Positions 1-11,328 of a DNA stretch of 64,000 bases are shown one piece after another. Below the pieces are notes generated by a model that worked only from the letters and a program-made list of their open reading frames with translations, did no database searches and had not been told where the DNA came from. Made by a program: the position numbers and the translations under genes. The stretch is from Asterionella formosa. Its lineage: Eukaryota. The stretch covers positions 1 through 64,000 of the forward strand of contig NKIB01012981.1 of NCBI GenBank assembly GCA_002256025.1, written 5' to 3'. Positions within the stretch are counted from its first letter, which is position 1; each line of letters begins with the position of its first letter.

Positions 1-1882
1 GTTGTGGTCTCTCAGCTTGCTCACCAGCTTCCACAGTAATATCATCTGCTCCATACCTTTCCATTTCTGGAGCATTTGTTTTTGTATAAATTTCTGGCAA
101 GTCATCAACATCACTGTCGTCTGTCTGCGTCGAATTCGACTCATCACTCCTTTCTTCATCATCCTCTTCATTTTCTTGCTCAATTCTTGAGTCTTTTCTT
201 CTAAAGTTTTCTTTTCCTCCTCATACATCCTCCCTGCTCCAGACAATGGAAAATTCAGTTTTGATGTGGATTCTGCCAATTCATCCTCATACGTGGGGAT
301 TCTTTGGATAGGAGGACTGTCCTCATCAGGTTCTTCAATCACTTCTGGAGGTTCTGGCTCCTCCAAAATCAACTCAGGGTCATAAATTTCACTCATAGTC
401 AATCTGATATCGTTGGTAGCATTCGTTATGTCTGCCCAAACATAAATATCTCTTGTTTTAACCACTTTACTGGTCACTGGATTGTACATACGATACACAT
501 CCCTGGCATGGTTCTCACCATAGTAGCCAATCATTACCATGGGATTTGCTTTCTCTTTGAACTGCCCTTTCATTGTGGACCTGTTTGTAACATAACCAAC
601 TCTTCCAAATTCAATCAAGTGTGTGTAGATGTCACTTGGTTTTCCATAAAATAACTCATCAGGTGGTACTGCACTTCGGGTGTTTGGAAGGGAATTTCCT
701 AGTATTGCTGCTGTTTTTGTCGCTTTAGCCCATAATTTAGCTTGCATCTCTTTGGTCCATGCAGCAGATATCATCATTGCCAGTGCACGCTTTGCATCAC
801 GTGAAAACATCCTTTCCACCACTCCATTGTGCTGTGGTGTGTGAGGTGCTGTGTACTCCAACTGAATTCCATATTCTCCTTCACATATTTTTCGTAATTC
901 AAACATATGCTCGCCTGCATTGTCACACCGTAGATATTTTACTGGCTTCCCAGCAGCCTTCAACTTGTCCAAAATTTCCTTCAGTACTTTTGTTATGCCA
1001 TTCTTTCTTGCTCCATAAAAATCCCATGACTTTCTTGTTTTGTCATCAACAAATTTATACCAATAACGTGACCCCATCACTGTCTCTGAATATGGGCCAC
1101 TTGTATCCATATAGATTCTCTGGCCAGGTTTTTCTGCTACCACTGTAGTCACCTTGTTTGTTCGTTTCTGGGTAGCTTTTGCTCGTGCACAGCCATCACA
1201 CACCATCATCTTTCCAACTGGTATGATCTTAAGTGCTTGCAGCATTTTTCGCACCACTTTTTCTGTTGCATGCCCGAATTTTCTGTGTGCCCCATTAATG
1301 TTCATTAGTTCTCTCTTCTGTTTATTAATCATTCCATCATCATTTTTAATTTCTTCAATATTGTAGACCTCTTTTGCTCCAGCAACACGCTGTGCAATCA
1401 GATAAGCCATACCATCGGTTCCTGTCTCAAAACTCATGATGCCACCAGAATCATTTAATATCTTTCTCTGTCAACCTGCCAACACTTATCAAATTTCGAG
1501 CAAAACCGGGAAAAACCATCACTTTTTCCAATTTCAGTGTTTTCTTTGTGTCCTTCTGCTCCAGAGTTAAATCACCAATCGCTGTTGCCTTAAGGGTTTC
1601 ATTTTTTCCAACCCTCACATGCTCACCTTCAGTTGCAGTCTGCAAATTACTCATTTTTATAGTGTTGATGAACACATGGGTTGTTGCCCCTGAGTCAACA
1701 AGCCAGCTTTCATGTCCAATCTCTGTGACAGGGCTCATGGTTTTCAAAGAATTTGTAGCAAAAACTTCCTCATCCCACATCCACTCTGCTCCATTGCTTG
1801 TTTTCTCCATCTTTCTCATCAACAATTCTTTTGTTCTCATTTTCGTCGACATCGTCATATTCCTCCTCATCACTTGTCTCAC
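1..1882 (-). pseudogene. pol: Copia Pol fragments (aspartic protease and integrase) in shifted frames
   Basis: Protease lies in ORF 1451-1882. Manual translation from about 1460 to the window edge gives ...AHRKFGH...CDGCARAK...RIYMDTSGP...LRCDNAGE...TPQHNGVVER... This ORF is missing from the track because it has no stop in the window. Confidence 0.9.
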
Positions 1883-3077
1883 ACATATCAGCCCAGCTCA
1901 TGGTCTTTTTCTCTACTTTCTTCTTTTGGCTTTTCACTTGTTGGAACTTGTTGTATTTTCTTGGTTTCCACTTAAATTCTCTTATGTCTTTCAAGACACT
2001 TCTCTTCTTCCTGTTATAGTCTGCAATTTCTTGCAAAAGTTCAATTGCGAATTTATTTGTGTAAAAATACTCTGTTTTAGCTTCTTGATTCTTCTTGACA
2101 TCATCCTCCCGGATATCAGGTCCATGGATTGTCATACCAACAAACATACCAGACTCTTCCTTCTTTGGACAATCTCTTGCAATGTGTCCAAATCCACCGC
2201 AGCTGTAGCACTTCACCTTCGGTCTTTCAATGTCTTTCTCTCCACTGTTGTTGCTGTTGCCAGTGCTTCTGCAGTCTCTTGCTCTGTGGCCTTGTCTTCC
2301 ACACTTGTTGCATTTACCTTTAAAGGTTCTCCAGGCACCTTTTCCACTTGTAGTATTCAGAGCCAGATGCTTTCCTCTTTCCTTGTTCTCTCTTTGATCT
2401 TGATTTTCGCGATTTTGACGATTTTTGAATGGCTCCACAAACATCTCATAATGGCCAATGATCTCAGCAATGAAGTCCTTATTGTCGAATCCGTTTGTAC
2501 CAATCTTTCCATTTAGAGATGTAATTACTGATTCATATCTTCGTTTTGGTAGTCTTGCTAATATAGTTGCTTGCATTTGCTCTTCACTGCGTCTTGATCC
2601 ATTTCCGCACTTTTCCACTTCTCTGTTCAATCGTTCCATTTCGACAATCCAAAGGTAGGGATCATCTATGTCTGATTTCATGTAACACTTTTCAAGCTTG
2701 GTTGTTGCTTTTACCAAATCTTTTGTCTTCTTTGAGTCGTACCGGTCCTTGAGAGCTTGAAACATTTGGTATGCTGTTTCATATGATTCAATGATTGCAA
2801 AAGCATCACCTCTGCATGACATAATAAGAAAATGCTTTGCTTCATCATCTTGTCTCACCAACTCCATCTCTTCTTTTGTCAAATCTTCTTTCTCTGCCCA
2901 ACTTGGAAGAACTCCTTCTTCGAGTAACACCTTCTTGAAACCCTTTGTTGCAGCAAATACCTCAGCCTTCTTGAAAAATTCTCGGGGTTCAACTCCCCCC
3001 TTTGTAGTGTCAGTTCCATAAAAAGGAATGACCTTGACCGACTCCAGGACTGTTCCAGCCTTTTTTGCTTCACTCAT
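1770..3077 (-). CDS. gag: Copia Gag protein with two zinc knuckles
   Basis: ORF from ATG 3077 (MSEAKK...) with CNKCGRQGHRARDC and CYSCGGFGHIARDC knuckles. Confidence 0.9.
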   Translation of the reverse strand: MSEAKKAGTVLESVKVIPFYGTDTTKGGVEPREFFKKAEVFAATKGFKKVLLEEGVLPSWAEKEDLTKEEMELVRQDDEAKHFLIMSCRGDAFAIIESYETAYQMFQALKDRYDSKKTKDLVKATTKLEKCYMKSDIDDPYLWIVEMERLNREVEKCGNGSRRSEEQMQATILARLPKRRYESVITSLNGKIGTNGFDNKDFIAEIIGHYEMFVEPFKNRQNRENQDQRENKERGKHLALNTTSGKGAWRTFKGKCNKCGRQGHRARDCRSTGNSNNSGEKDIERPKVKCYSCGGFGHIARDCPKKEESGMFVGMTIHGPDIREDDVKKNQEAKTEYFYTNKFAIELLQEIADYNRKKRSVLKDIREFKWKPRKYNKFQQVKSQKKKVEKKTMSWADMCETSDEEEYDDVDENENKRIVDEKDGENKQWSRVDVG

Positions 3078-3141
3078 CCTTTGCACAATCACTTCTTGAC
3101 TTCCTGACCTTAACTTCCACAAGCAATTGTTTTTAAAAACG

Positions 3142-3733
3142 TGTTGAGATGTTCCAGATCTCCTTGATAGTACTTACACGTCTAGTGTCCAGTACTACTA
3201 GTTCTCCACTAGCTAGTTTTCGACAACACTTTAATCTACTTTTAGATTAACCTCTTTCAATGTTGTGATTACTTCAGATTACTTTTTCTATCAATCTTAC
3301 CAAATTCTATCAATCCTGCCAAATTACTTGGTCTTAACAAATTGATCTTGTTTCACAAATCTTACTTTCTTGGATTTGTTCTTCACCTCAATTCACTCTT
3401 TCTCATTGGTCGACTTCATATGATTTGCAATTCCAATCGTCTCAGTCTTATCATTTAACCTTGCATGTTGGACTTGCTCTGTAGGAATTGCTATTCCATT
3501 TACGAATCCCATATATATTTTCCTGAACTGACCTTCTTGTTCCATGGAATTCCTCACCATGACTGTCAGTTGTGCAGACTGTGCAGTCATTGCAGTACTA
3601 GATATGCTACTGTCTGCTAACAGTAGTCGTTTATCCTCAACAAATATCATAGTTTCACATACTAGTTAAGTTATTAGGAGTTTTTCACAAACTACAATGT
3701 GCTAACAAATGATGACATTGGATGATCCCAACA
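3142..3733 (-). repeat. Putative 5' LTR (~592 bp) of the copia element
   Basis: Minus strand starts TGTTGGGATC at 3733 and ends ATCTCAACA at 3142 (TGTTG...CAACA termini), 65 bp upstream of the gag ATG. The partner LTR is outside the window, so this is unconfirmed. Confidence 0.7.
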
Positions 3734-3979
3734 GTCCATTATTTCTTCTTTTTCACTCCCAAAGAACCTAAGATGGTCCTTCTTCTTGTTTCATCCGGAA
3801 TTTTGCTTCTCCACTTTTCAACTGCAGTTCGATATGAATCTGTAAACTTTTTCAATTTGTTTCCAGAAGGGCTATCATCAGTTGCAATTTTTTTCTTCAA
3901 CATTTTGTCAATTCTTATATAGGTAAGCTATTTGCTGGTGAGAGTCTACACAAATTTCGGTGCAGCTCGAAAAAGAAGT

Positions 3980-4180
3980 TTTACCTATAGGAAAAAAAGT
4001 CTAAAACAGCCTGGAAAATACAAACGCTTGACAACGGCGAAGGTTGCATGTGTATGTGCCGGTAATAAGGAGAAATCATACCGAGTGATACTTTACCTAT
4101 GCTAAAGGAAAAACAGTATAAAACAGGCCGGAAAATACAAAAGCTTGACGACGGCGAAGGTTGCATGTATATGTGCCGGT
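3980..4180. repeat. Imperfect direct duplication, period ~115 bp
   Basis: TTTACCTAT...GGAAAATACAAA.GCTTGAC(A/G)ACGGCGAAGGTTGCATGT(G/A)TATGTGCCGGT occurs at about 3980-4063 and 4092-4180. Confidence 0.85.
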
Positions 4181-4779
4181 CTGGTACCAGGGTACCGGAA
4201 CTACCTGTACCAGGGTACCTGGTACCAGGTACCTGGTACCACCCAGAACAAGTTGCGGTAATTGTGCTGGATCAATTACTTTAGCCTTCTTTATCTGATA
4301 TTGAATTGTTAATTCAAAGCGAAATGACCAACTTGCCAGGAGTAAATTACCGGTATTTACGCAATGTATGACTGTACGAACATTAGCTATAACGCATTGC
4401 TTTCCACAAATTTCTCCGGGTTTCATGGGATTTCATGCTCAGTCTCCTTTCCTGTATATTACATTGCTTCAACGGAAGAAACTGGACTTGCAACATTCAC
4501 TCTTTACTACAGAGTAACAACGAGCTGTGCGCATTGACCCGTTTCAACGCATTTGGCGGGAATCCTCCACAGTTCACATGTGTTTCCAGGGATCATTTTC
4601 GGCTTGGCTCTTGATTTATCCACTTTGCTCCCCGTGTTTTAGTGTTTGCAAAACGTTGACGAAGAAACACAGAATCAATAGAAGCTAAAGCGTACAACAG
4701 GAATTTTCTTCTGCTGAAGAATTGATCTGCCTTCGACAAAGGAACAAAGCATTTTAAGCTCTTAGGAGGATCCATTGTT

Positions 4780-7700
4780 ATGCGCGTATCCGCCTTCAAC
4801 ATCTCGCTCCTGGCGCTCCTTCCTTTGGCCACATTTGCGCAAAGCACAGAGCGAGAAGCACTTATTGTGTTTTTCAATAGTCTCGGGGGGCCGTCATGGA
4901 CTAGCAAACAAGGTTGGGAAGATTCCATCACCAATACAAAGTCTAGCATATGTGACTGGTTCGGTGTGATCTGTGAAGGCGAAGAGGCGGAACTTGCAGC
5001 CGTGAAGGGAGACAGAACACTCATGCGGCGACACTTGAGTGATCAGAGTAGTCAGCCTGCAGATTCTCCAGCAACCGCAGCGCCTGCACCTGTTACTCCA
5101 TCTGTTCCCACAGCACCAGTTCCTGTACCCGTTACTCCAAATGCTCCCACAGCACATATGTTTCGCCGAGTTATTGGTATTAATCTCCCAAACAATAACC
5201 TTAATGGGATGCTTCCGAATTCGTTATGGAGATTGCCCAAATTGCAGTACTTGGTGGTCAGTTACAATAACATTGATGTCGACTTCCAGAGTGGTTCGAC
5301 AACGCTTCTTGAAATCAAAATGCATGAAACGGTAACAACATCACTATCTGGTATTGGAGCGTTTACTAGCTTACAGTCTATTCACATGTCGGGATCAAAA
5401 CTGGGTAATGTAGTCTTGCCTCTGGAGCTCTTTGGTCTCACTAACCTCAATTATTTATTTATGGCTCAGTGTCAGTTGGAAGGCAGCATTCCATCCGAGG
5501 TTTCCAAGTTAACTGGCCTTACCGAACTTAACTTTTTCGACAACAACTTGGGTGGCCCGCTTCCAGCTGGTCTCAATGCTTTAACTAAGTTGCAAGTCCT
5601 TACCTTGTCCCACAACAAACTCGAGGGCACGCTTCCGTCATCTCTAGGAACGCTCTCGAACTTGCAAGAATTGTACTTGGATGACAATCTATTCAATGGC
5701 ACCTTGTTGCCATTTACTCAGTCGGCGATGCTCCACAATTTGTTTCTGAACTCAAACCAATTTACTGGTACTATTCCTGGAACATTTTTGCAGGCTGCTG
5801 CTAACATTCCGAGTAGCGATCAGTGGCAGGTCAATCTTGATGACAATAATTTGTCTGGTCTCATCCCGGCTTCCTTGCAGCGCTTACAAGACGTCAACTT
5901 AACTATTTCCATGTCCAACAATGCGTTCACCGGCTTTGAAAACGGAACAGTTTTGTGCAACAACGTCAAATGGAATGATGGCCAAGTCAGTACGATTGGT
6001 TGTGATGCCATTGCATGCGAGAAAGGTTTTACAAACCCAATGGGACGTGCGACTGTTGGATCACCGTGTGTAACATGCGCTACCTCAATCTTTTTTGGCT
6101 TGACGACCTGTTTGGATGGAAGCGTGGAAGGAAACGACAAGGCTGTCTTGATTTCGCTCTACAAAGAGACCGGTGGCGATCACTGGGTCAACAACGACAA
6201 CTGGCTCAAGACACTGGATCACTGCGAATGGTATGGAGTCACTTGCTGGAATTTGGGAAACGAATTAGATGGTCGTGTCCGCTGGTTGAAGTTGGACAAT
6301 AATGGGTTGATTGGAAAGATTCCTCCCACCATTTATTCTCTCGCTGAGATTACAACAATTTCACTCAGTCGAAATAAAATTATTTTGGGATTTGAAGGAA
6401 TTGAATCAACCCCTCGAATGCATGAAATTAATGTCGCGCACACCGACACGACGAACTTTGAGGGTATTGAGAATGCTAAAGATTTTTTTCAGATTTTGGT
6501 TGCTGATCAGCTTCTGATCGAAGGGACCTTGCCCAAAGAAATTTATAAAGTTTCATCGCTCATGACTCTCTCAATGTCAGAGTGCGAGATAAGTGGTGCT
6601 TTGTCAGAGGACTTAATCCAGTTGTCGAAACTGGAAGAGCTCTATTTGTGGGGAAACAACTTGAAAGGCCAGATTCCTTCATCAATTGGGAACTTGACGG
6701 CTCTTTCAATTTTGTCTTTAGCCAGCAACCGCTTCAGTGGTACTTTGCCTCAAGAAATTGAAGGGCTGGCAGAACTTGTTGGATTCACCATCAAGGATCA
6801 AGTCACTAAAGGAGGTGGGATCACGGGTTACCTGCGTCCCTTCTCGAAATCACCCAAGTTGACGAACTTAATTTTGGGAGGCAATAGGTTCGGAGGTAAA
6901 ATCCCCACCACCTTGCTGCAGATGGTTGACTTCAATTCATACATCATTGTGGATCTGTCATCTAATATTCTTACAGGAATAGTCCCTGGAGATCTCGGCC
7001 ACTTCGGGCGAATGAATCTTTTGTTGGAAGATAACCTCTTAAGTTCGATTGATAGCCATCTCTGCGGTAGGGATGACTGGATGGATGGTAGCGTACGTGA
7101 ATTTGGTTGCGATGCCATTCTTTGTCCTCTATTCACCTCTAATGCATGGGGTCGCAAGGTATACGAGAACAAGAACTGCAACGACTGTACAGATCCCGGA
7201 TCTAGGCATGTTTTAGGCCAAACTGTGTGCGGAGCCACTGACACTGTGTTTACTGAGCACAATGTCCTTGAGACCTTGTATAACGACTGTGGAGGCCGAG
7301 ATTGGACTGACAACAAGCATTGGAATAACAACGATGTGAACATATGCGATTGGTATGGGATTTCGTGCGATGATGCTGATTCAGTGGTCTCTATTGTTTT
7401 GGGTGACAATGGCATGAAGGGAACCCTCCCTTCTTCCATTTATACTTTGCCCAACCTGGTTCAGTTGTCAGTCTTTGATAACCCCGACCTTACCATTAAC
7501 TTTGATGGTATTGAGACGGCCGTGAATTTGCAAGGACTGGTTTTGCATAATACTAGTCTCACAACTTTAACTGGAGTCGGAAAAGTCCGAAGCTTGACGA
7601 CATTGCAGGTCAGCTACAACAAGTTGACCGGAACGCTGCCTGATGAAGTGTCACGGCTAGTCAATTTGGTGCAACTTGAGCTATCTAGCAATGAATTCAC

Positions 7701-8244
7701 TGGGACCCTTCCATCATGGCTCTCGAAGATGACGGGATTGCAATCTTTCATGGTCGATGACAACCACTTCACCGGACAGCTTGTTGATTTTGCAGGCCTT
7801 GAGCACATCAATCTTGTGAACATTTCCTCAAATTTAATTGATGGCACAGTCCCGGAAACATTTTTAATAAATGCTGGCCGAGATGACAAAATATTTGTTG
7901 ACATTTCGTCAAATCGACTGACTGGTACTTTGCCTAACGGCTTACAGCGCCTCAATCGATTGGGCATTAAGGCTGACCAAAACATGATTTCTGGCATTGA
8001 CCCTTTTTTGTGTACGTTGACCGCATGGAATGACTACGATGTGAAAGAATATGGATGTGATGCCATTTTGTGTGCCACAGGCACCTACAATACATACGGC
8101 AGACAAATCAGTGCGGATTCCCGTTGCGAGCCTTGTGCTGATGGAGCCAAATACTACGGAGCGGTACAGTGTAGCAGTGCCAAGCGGCTGCTGACTGGAT
8201 TGGGACTCCTGACAATTAGTTGCATTGGTAGCATGTTCTTGTAA
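4780..8244 (+). CDS. Secreted or cell-surface leucine-rich repeat receptor-like protein (three LRR modules, probable GPI or C-terminal anchor)
   Basis: 1154-aa ORF with a signal peptide, plant-type LRRs (LxLxxNxLxGxLP), three N-caps (GGxxW...W...CxWxGxxC), three GCDAIxC Cys caps and a hydrophobic C-terminus. No kinase domain. Confidence 0.92.
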   Translation: MRVSAFNISLLALLPLATFAQSTEREALIVFFNSLGGPSWTSKQGWEDSITNTKSSICDWFGVICEGEEAELAAVKGDRTLMRRHLSDQSSQPADSPATAAPAPVTPSVPTAPVPVPVTPNAPTAHMFRRVIGINLPNNNLNGMLPNSLWRLPKLQYLVVSYNNIDVDFQSGSTTLLEIKMHETVTTSLSGIGAFTSLQSIHMSGSKLGNVVLPLELFGLTNLNYLFMAQCQLEGSIPSEVSKLTGLTELNFFDNNLGGPLPAGLNALTKLQVLTLSHNKLEGTLPSSLGTLSNLQELYLDDNLFNGTLLPFTQSAMLHNLFLNSNQFTGTIPGTFLQAAANIPSSDQWQVNLDDNNLSGLIPASLQRLQDVNLTISMSNNAFTGFENGTVLCNNVKWNDGQVSTIGCDAIACEKGFTNPMGRATVGSPCVTCATSIFFGLTTCLDGSVEGNDKAVLISLYKETGGDHWVNNDNWLKTLDHCEWYGVTCWNLGNELDGRVRWLKLDNNGLIGKIPPTIYSLAEITTISLSRNKIILGFEGIESTPRMHEINVAHTDTTNFEGIENAKDFFQILVADQLLIEGTLPKEIYKVSSLMTLSMSECEISGALSEDLIQLSKLEELYLWGNNLKGQIPSSIGNLTALSILSLASNRFSGTLPQEIEGLAELVGFTIKDQVTKGGGITGYLRPFSKSPKLTNLILGGNRFGGKIPTTLLQMVDFNSYIIVDLSSNILTGIVPGDLGHFGRMNLLLEDNLLSSIDSHLCGRDDWMDGSVREFGCDAILCPLFTSNAWGRKVYENKNCNDCTDPGSRHVLGQTVCGATDTVFTEHNVLETLYNDCGGRDWTDNKHWNNNDVNICDWYGISCDDADSVVSIVLGDNGMKGTLPSSIYTLPNLVQLSVFDNPDLTINFDGIETAVNLQGLVLHNTSLTTLTGVGKVRSLTTLQVSYNKLTGTLPDEVSRLVNLVQLELSSNEFTGTLPSWLSKMTGLQSFMVDDNHFTGQLVDFAGLEHINLVNISSNLIDGTVPETFLINAGRDDKIFVDISSNRLTGTLPNGLQRLNRLGIKADQNMISGIDPFLCTLTAWNDYDVKEYGCDAILCATGTYNTYGRQISADSRCEPCADGAKYYGAVQCSSAKRLLTGLGLLTISCIGSMFL

Positions 8245-8349
8245 ACATCATTGCATTCATTGAGTAAGCGGCCAGCAGACAGTGGAATGAATGGAGGCGC
8301 GGAGTGGAGATTTTTTACATATTAGATAATGAGAAAATGAATCATGGAA

Positions 8350-9759
8350 TTATTCATCAACTATGTGGAACGACCGAGTTCGTTTTCTCTTTCGTTTTAG
8401 ACGAACACCAGTGAAATAATATGCGGTAGATACAGATGAGGATAAGGACATTATCTGTCCTTTTGATGTAGGTGCATAGCTTTTAATCGATTCACCGGGC
8501 AACTTGTGGTCGCTGTTGCCATTTACAGGAAACTCCGTTTTTGCTTGTTGCACCAGTTGGGCTTTGTCGTCGACCTCTTTACTCGTGGATCGTTCAAAAA
8601 ATTCTTGCCAGACAACTTCGATATGATCAGGAGAGTTGATTTCAATCCAGGCTGCTAAAGCTGCACGGTCATTTTTGATTATTTTCTTGAATATACGTTG
8701 CCCCTTTCGCCAGAATTCGGCGTGAGTTGTACCGTCTTTGCTTTTCCGTACCCCTGGTCCATCTTTTCTTCCATTAGCCCATCGACCATTGAATTTGGTG
8801 CCGTCTCTCCCCTCATACTCTCCAAGTCCTGATTGAACCCCTCTGGTCCATTCTCCACGATATGCATCGCCATTTGCAAACGAATAACTGCCAACGCCAT
8901 CTCGAAGGTCGTGTTTATAAGATCCCATATGCATATCGCCATTGACGAACACCTTCAATCCAAAGCCATTTGCTTGGTCATTCTTCCATTCTCCCTCAAA
9001 ACGATCACCATTGGCAATTTCCTTGAAACCCGATCCACACATCATTCCTTGTCGCCATTCGCCGTGATACTGATCGCCGTTGCTCCAATAGTATGATCCG
9101 AAACCATTTCGTTGGTCATTTGAATATTCTCCATCATGTCGATCACCATTTGAAAAGGTACGTGTTCCACTGCCCTCGGCGAATCCGTCCTTCCATTCTC
9201 CAGAGTAGTGCCCTCCGGTAGTCCAGTATTTGGACCCACGCCCGTGCATTCGACTACCCAGCCACTCTCCTTGATATTTATCACCATTGGACCAAACGTA
9301 AATCCCATACCCGCATCGCAAATTGTCAATGTAGTAACCCTCATGAACATCTCCACAAACAAAGCGCTTCACGGCCCAACCATTGGATTCTCCATTTCGC
9401 CACAATCCATTTATAGTGTCCCCATTTCCAAGTGACTTTTGACCGGTTCCAGTGGGTTGACCCTGTTCAAAACTGCCTTGATACGAATCCCCATTAGACC
9501 ATACCATTGTCCCTGTTCCATGAATTTCATTATTCTTCCATTCGCCCACATAATACTGATGATTGCCCCAAGTCAATTTGCCCCACCCGCAACGTTGGTT
9601 GTGCGAAAATTGGCCTTCGTATCGTGTGTGCTTGTGATGCAAAACACCGAATCCGTGGCGAATCGTTCCATTTTCGGGATGCACAGATCCAACGTATTGA
9701 GCACCCGAGGCGTAGTGGAGTTCCACATGGGGGTCATTTGTGGGAACCGGTTCCGCCAT
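8350..9759 (-). CDS. MORN-repeat protein
   Basis: 469-aa ORF with many 23-aa YxGxWxxGxxxGxG repeats. Confidence 0.93.
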   Translation of the reverse strand: MAEPVPTNDPHVELHYASGAQYVGSVHPENGTIRHGFGVLHHKHTRYEGQFSHNQRCGWGKLTWGNHQYYVGEWKNNEIHGTGTMVWSNGDSYQGSFEQGQPTGTGQKSLGNGDTINGLWRNGESNGWAVKRFVCGDVHEGYYIDNLRCGYGIYVWSNGDKYQGEWLGSRMHGRGSKYWTTGGHYSGEWKDGFAEGSGTRTFSNGDRHDGEYSNDQRNGFGSYYWSNGDQYHGEWRQGMMCGSGFKEIANGDRFEGEWKNDQANGFGLKVFVNGDMHMGSYKHDLRDGVGSYSFANGDAYRGEWTRGVQSGLGEYEGRDGTKFNGRWANGRKDGPGVRKSKDGTTHAEFWRKGQRIFKKIIKNDRAALAAWIEINSPDHIEVVWQEFFERSTSKEVDDKAQLVQQAKTEFPVNGNSDHKLPGESIKSYAPTSKGQIMSLSSSVSTAYYFTGVRLKRKRKRTRSFHIVDE

Positions 9760-10132
9760 GAGTGTGTGTTGTCACTACCGGTTTTCGTTCCTTTCTTAGC
9801 CGTGTGGATCCATGTGATGGCGAAGATTGCAGTGTTCCTATCTTTCTTGGGGACGACTAAGAGATGAAAGTTGAACTAGACTACCGGTGTATATTATGAT
9901 TTACATAGAGGGAATTTCTACATTCCGACAAATCATTTTCATCATTGTTTAGAATATAATATTGAATTTAGTGTCTATTATAACGACTCTTTTTATAATT
10001 TCATGCCATTTTTCAAATCTGATTCTCCTTCTTGTTCTATCTGAATCTCTGAATCAATTGGAACCAGCACTCAACTACAGAAATTACCTTTACATAACAA
10101 AATTGAAAATGGTCAATTACACCCAGCATATT

Positions 10133-10243
10133 ATTAAATCCATGCACTCTTCTTCATGTCAAAAAGCCAGTGTCATCTTAGCATCAAGCATTAAATCCAT
10201 GCATTCTTCTTCATGTCAAAAAGCCAGTGTCATCTTAGCATCA
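10133..10243. repeat. 57-bp tandem duplication
   Basis: ATTAAATCCATGCA(C/T)TCTTCTTCATGTCAAAAAGCCAGTGTCATCTTAGCATCA at 10133 and 10190. Confidence 0.95.
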
Positions 10244-11328
10244 TGAGGAGGACGAGTTCCACTCCTTCTGCTATGATTACTCCCATGGTTGCTCCTGGCA
10301 CAACCTGATGAACTTTAAGTTGATTCTTTCCAACAACTGTGTACTCTCCTGCACCATCTCCACATTATGATGCATCCTTGCTTGTCATTCTGGAACCTCC
10401 TTCTTTCCAAGCAAGTTTCTCAAACAGTCCTCAAGGGCTCATGTAAACGAGATTTTTAAAAGTGACTTGTTCAAGTTACGCTAAAATTGCACCTGCGCCC
10501 TAGATTTAAAGAGGAAAGGAGACGAAATTGAGGCTCGAAGCAATTTTCCTGCCTTGCTTGTTGTACGACCCTTGGTCTTCAAACCCTCTAGCTAGTAGTC
10601 CCATCAGCCAGTGGTGGGCAATGCATGCGGAGCCCAGGAAGTATCATCATGTTTCCTCCCATATTCTTACATGAATTGTCGAATTATTCAACCAAATCGA
10701 TCGAAAGCAATTTCTGTGGATCTCTTTAGCACTCAATGCGGGCTCTGCTAGGAGTCTGAAATACATAAATGGCACTTGCTAGGGAAATCAAGCTTTAAGG
10801 TGGAGGAGCAGGAATGCATACCACCACAACCACAGCTGCTTTTTCCTCCATCATTACTACCATCTCCACCTCTGCCCAACACACCGATGCCTTGTCATGA
10901 ATCTCTATGCCATATACTCACTTTTCAGGCGACCTCCGCCCTCCAGGCAGTTTTTGCCTTGATATTGCAGTGTAAGAGGATCACATTCCTCACTACTCTA
11001 GCAGGCGCAAAGTAATTGTTTTGTAGGTAGTATGCCTGAAAAATGAGAGATATCCAGTATCAGATTGGTGATTTCCTAGAAATCCAGATTTCGTAACATT
11101 CGGACTTACTCAAATTCCCGACCCAAATGGGCTTCCCCGCCCATGCTGATTTTATGCAGGTATAGCAGTAATTATCGAGATCCTTCCCATCCTACTAATA
11201 TATTTTGACCAGCTTGCTAATATTTTCACCAAACCTCATTATCAAGCCATGATCTTTATACATCTTTGACACAAATTGGCTTGTTGAAGATTTCTCATTA
11301 CTCTCTATCTAATTTATTTCTTTTCATA

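Larger units (their letters stand above)
1..3733 (-). mobile_element. Ty1/copia LTR retrotransposon (5' LTR, gag, protease, integrase; RT/RNase H lie beyond the window edge), frameshifted
   Basis: Minus-strand order is gag with two CCHC knuckles, then protease (WLVDSGATTH), then integrase with HHCC (HRKFGH...CDGC) and DDE motifs (YMDTSGP, RCDNAGE, NGVVER). Integrase directly after protease is the copia order. Confidence 0.95.

Noticed and set aside
1548..2516. 322-aa plus-strand ORF
   Set aside because: Antisense shadow of the purine-rich gag/protease region with no recognisable motifs.
4180..4245. CRISPR-like or REP-like array in the GGTACC clusters
   Set aside because: Eukaryotic context, no constant repeat with unique spacers, and no cas genes.
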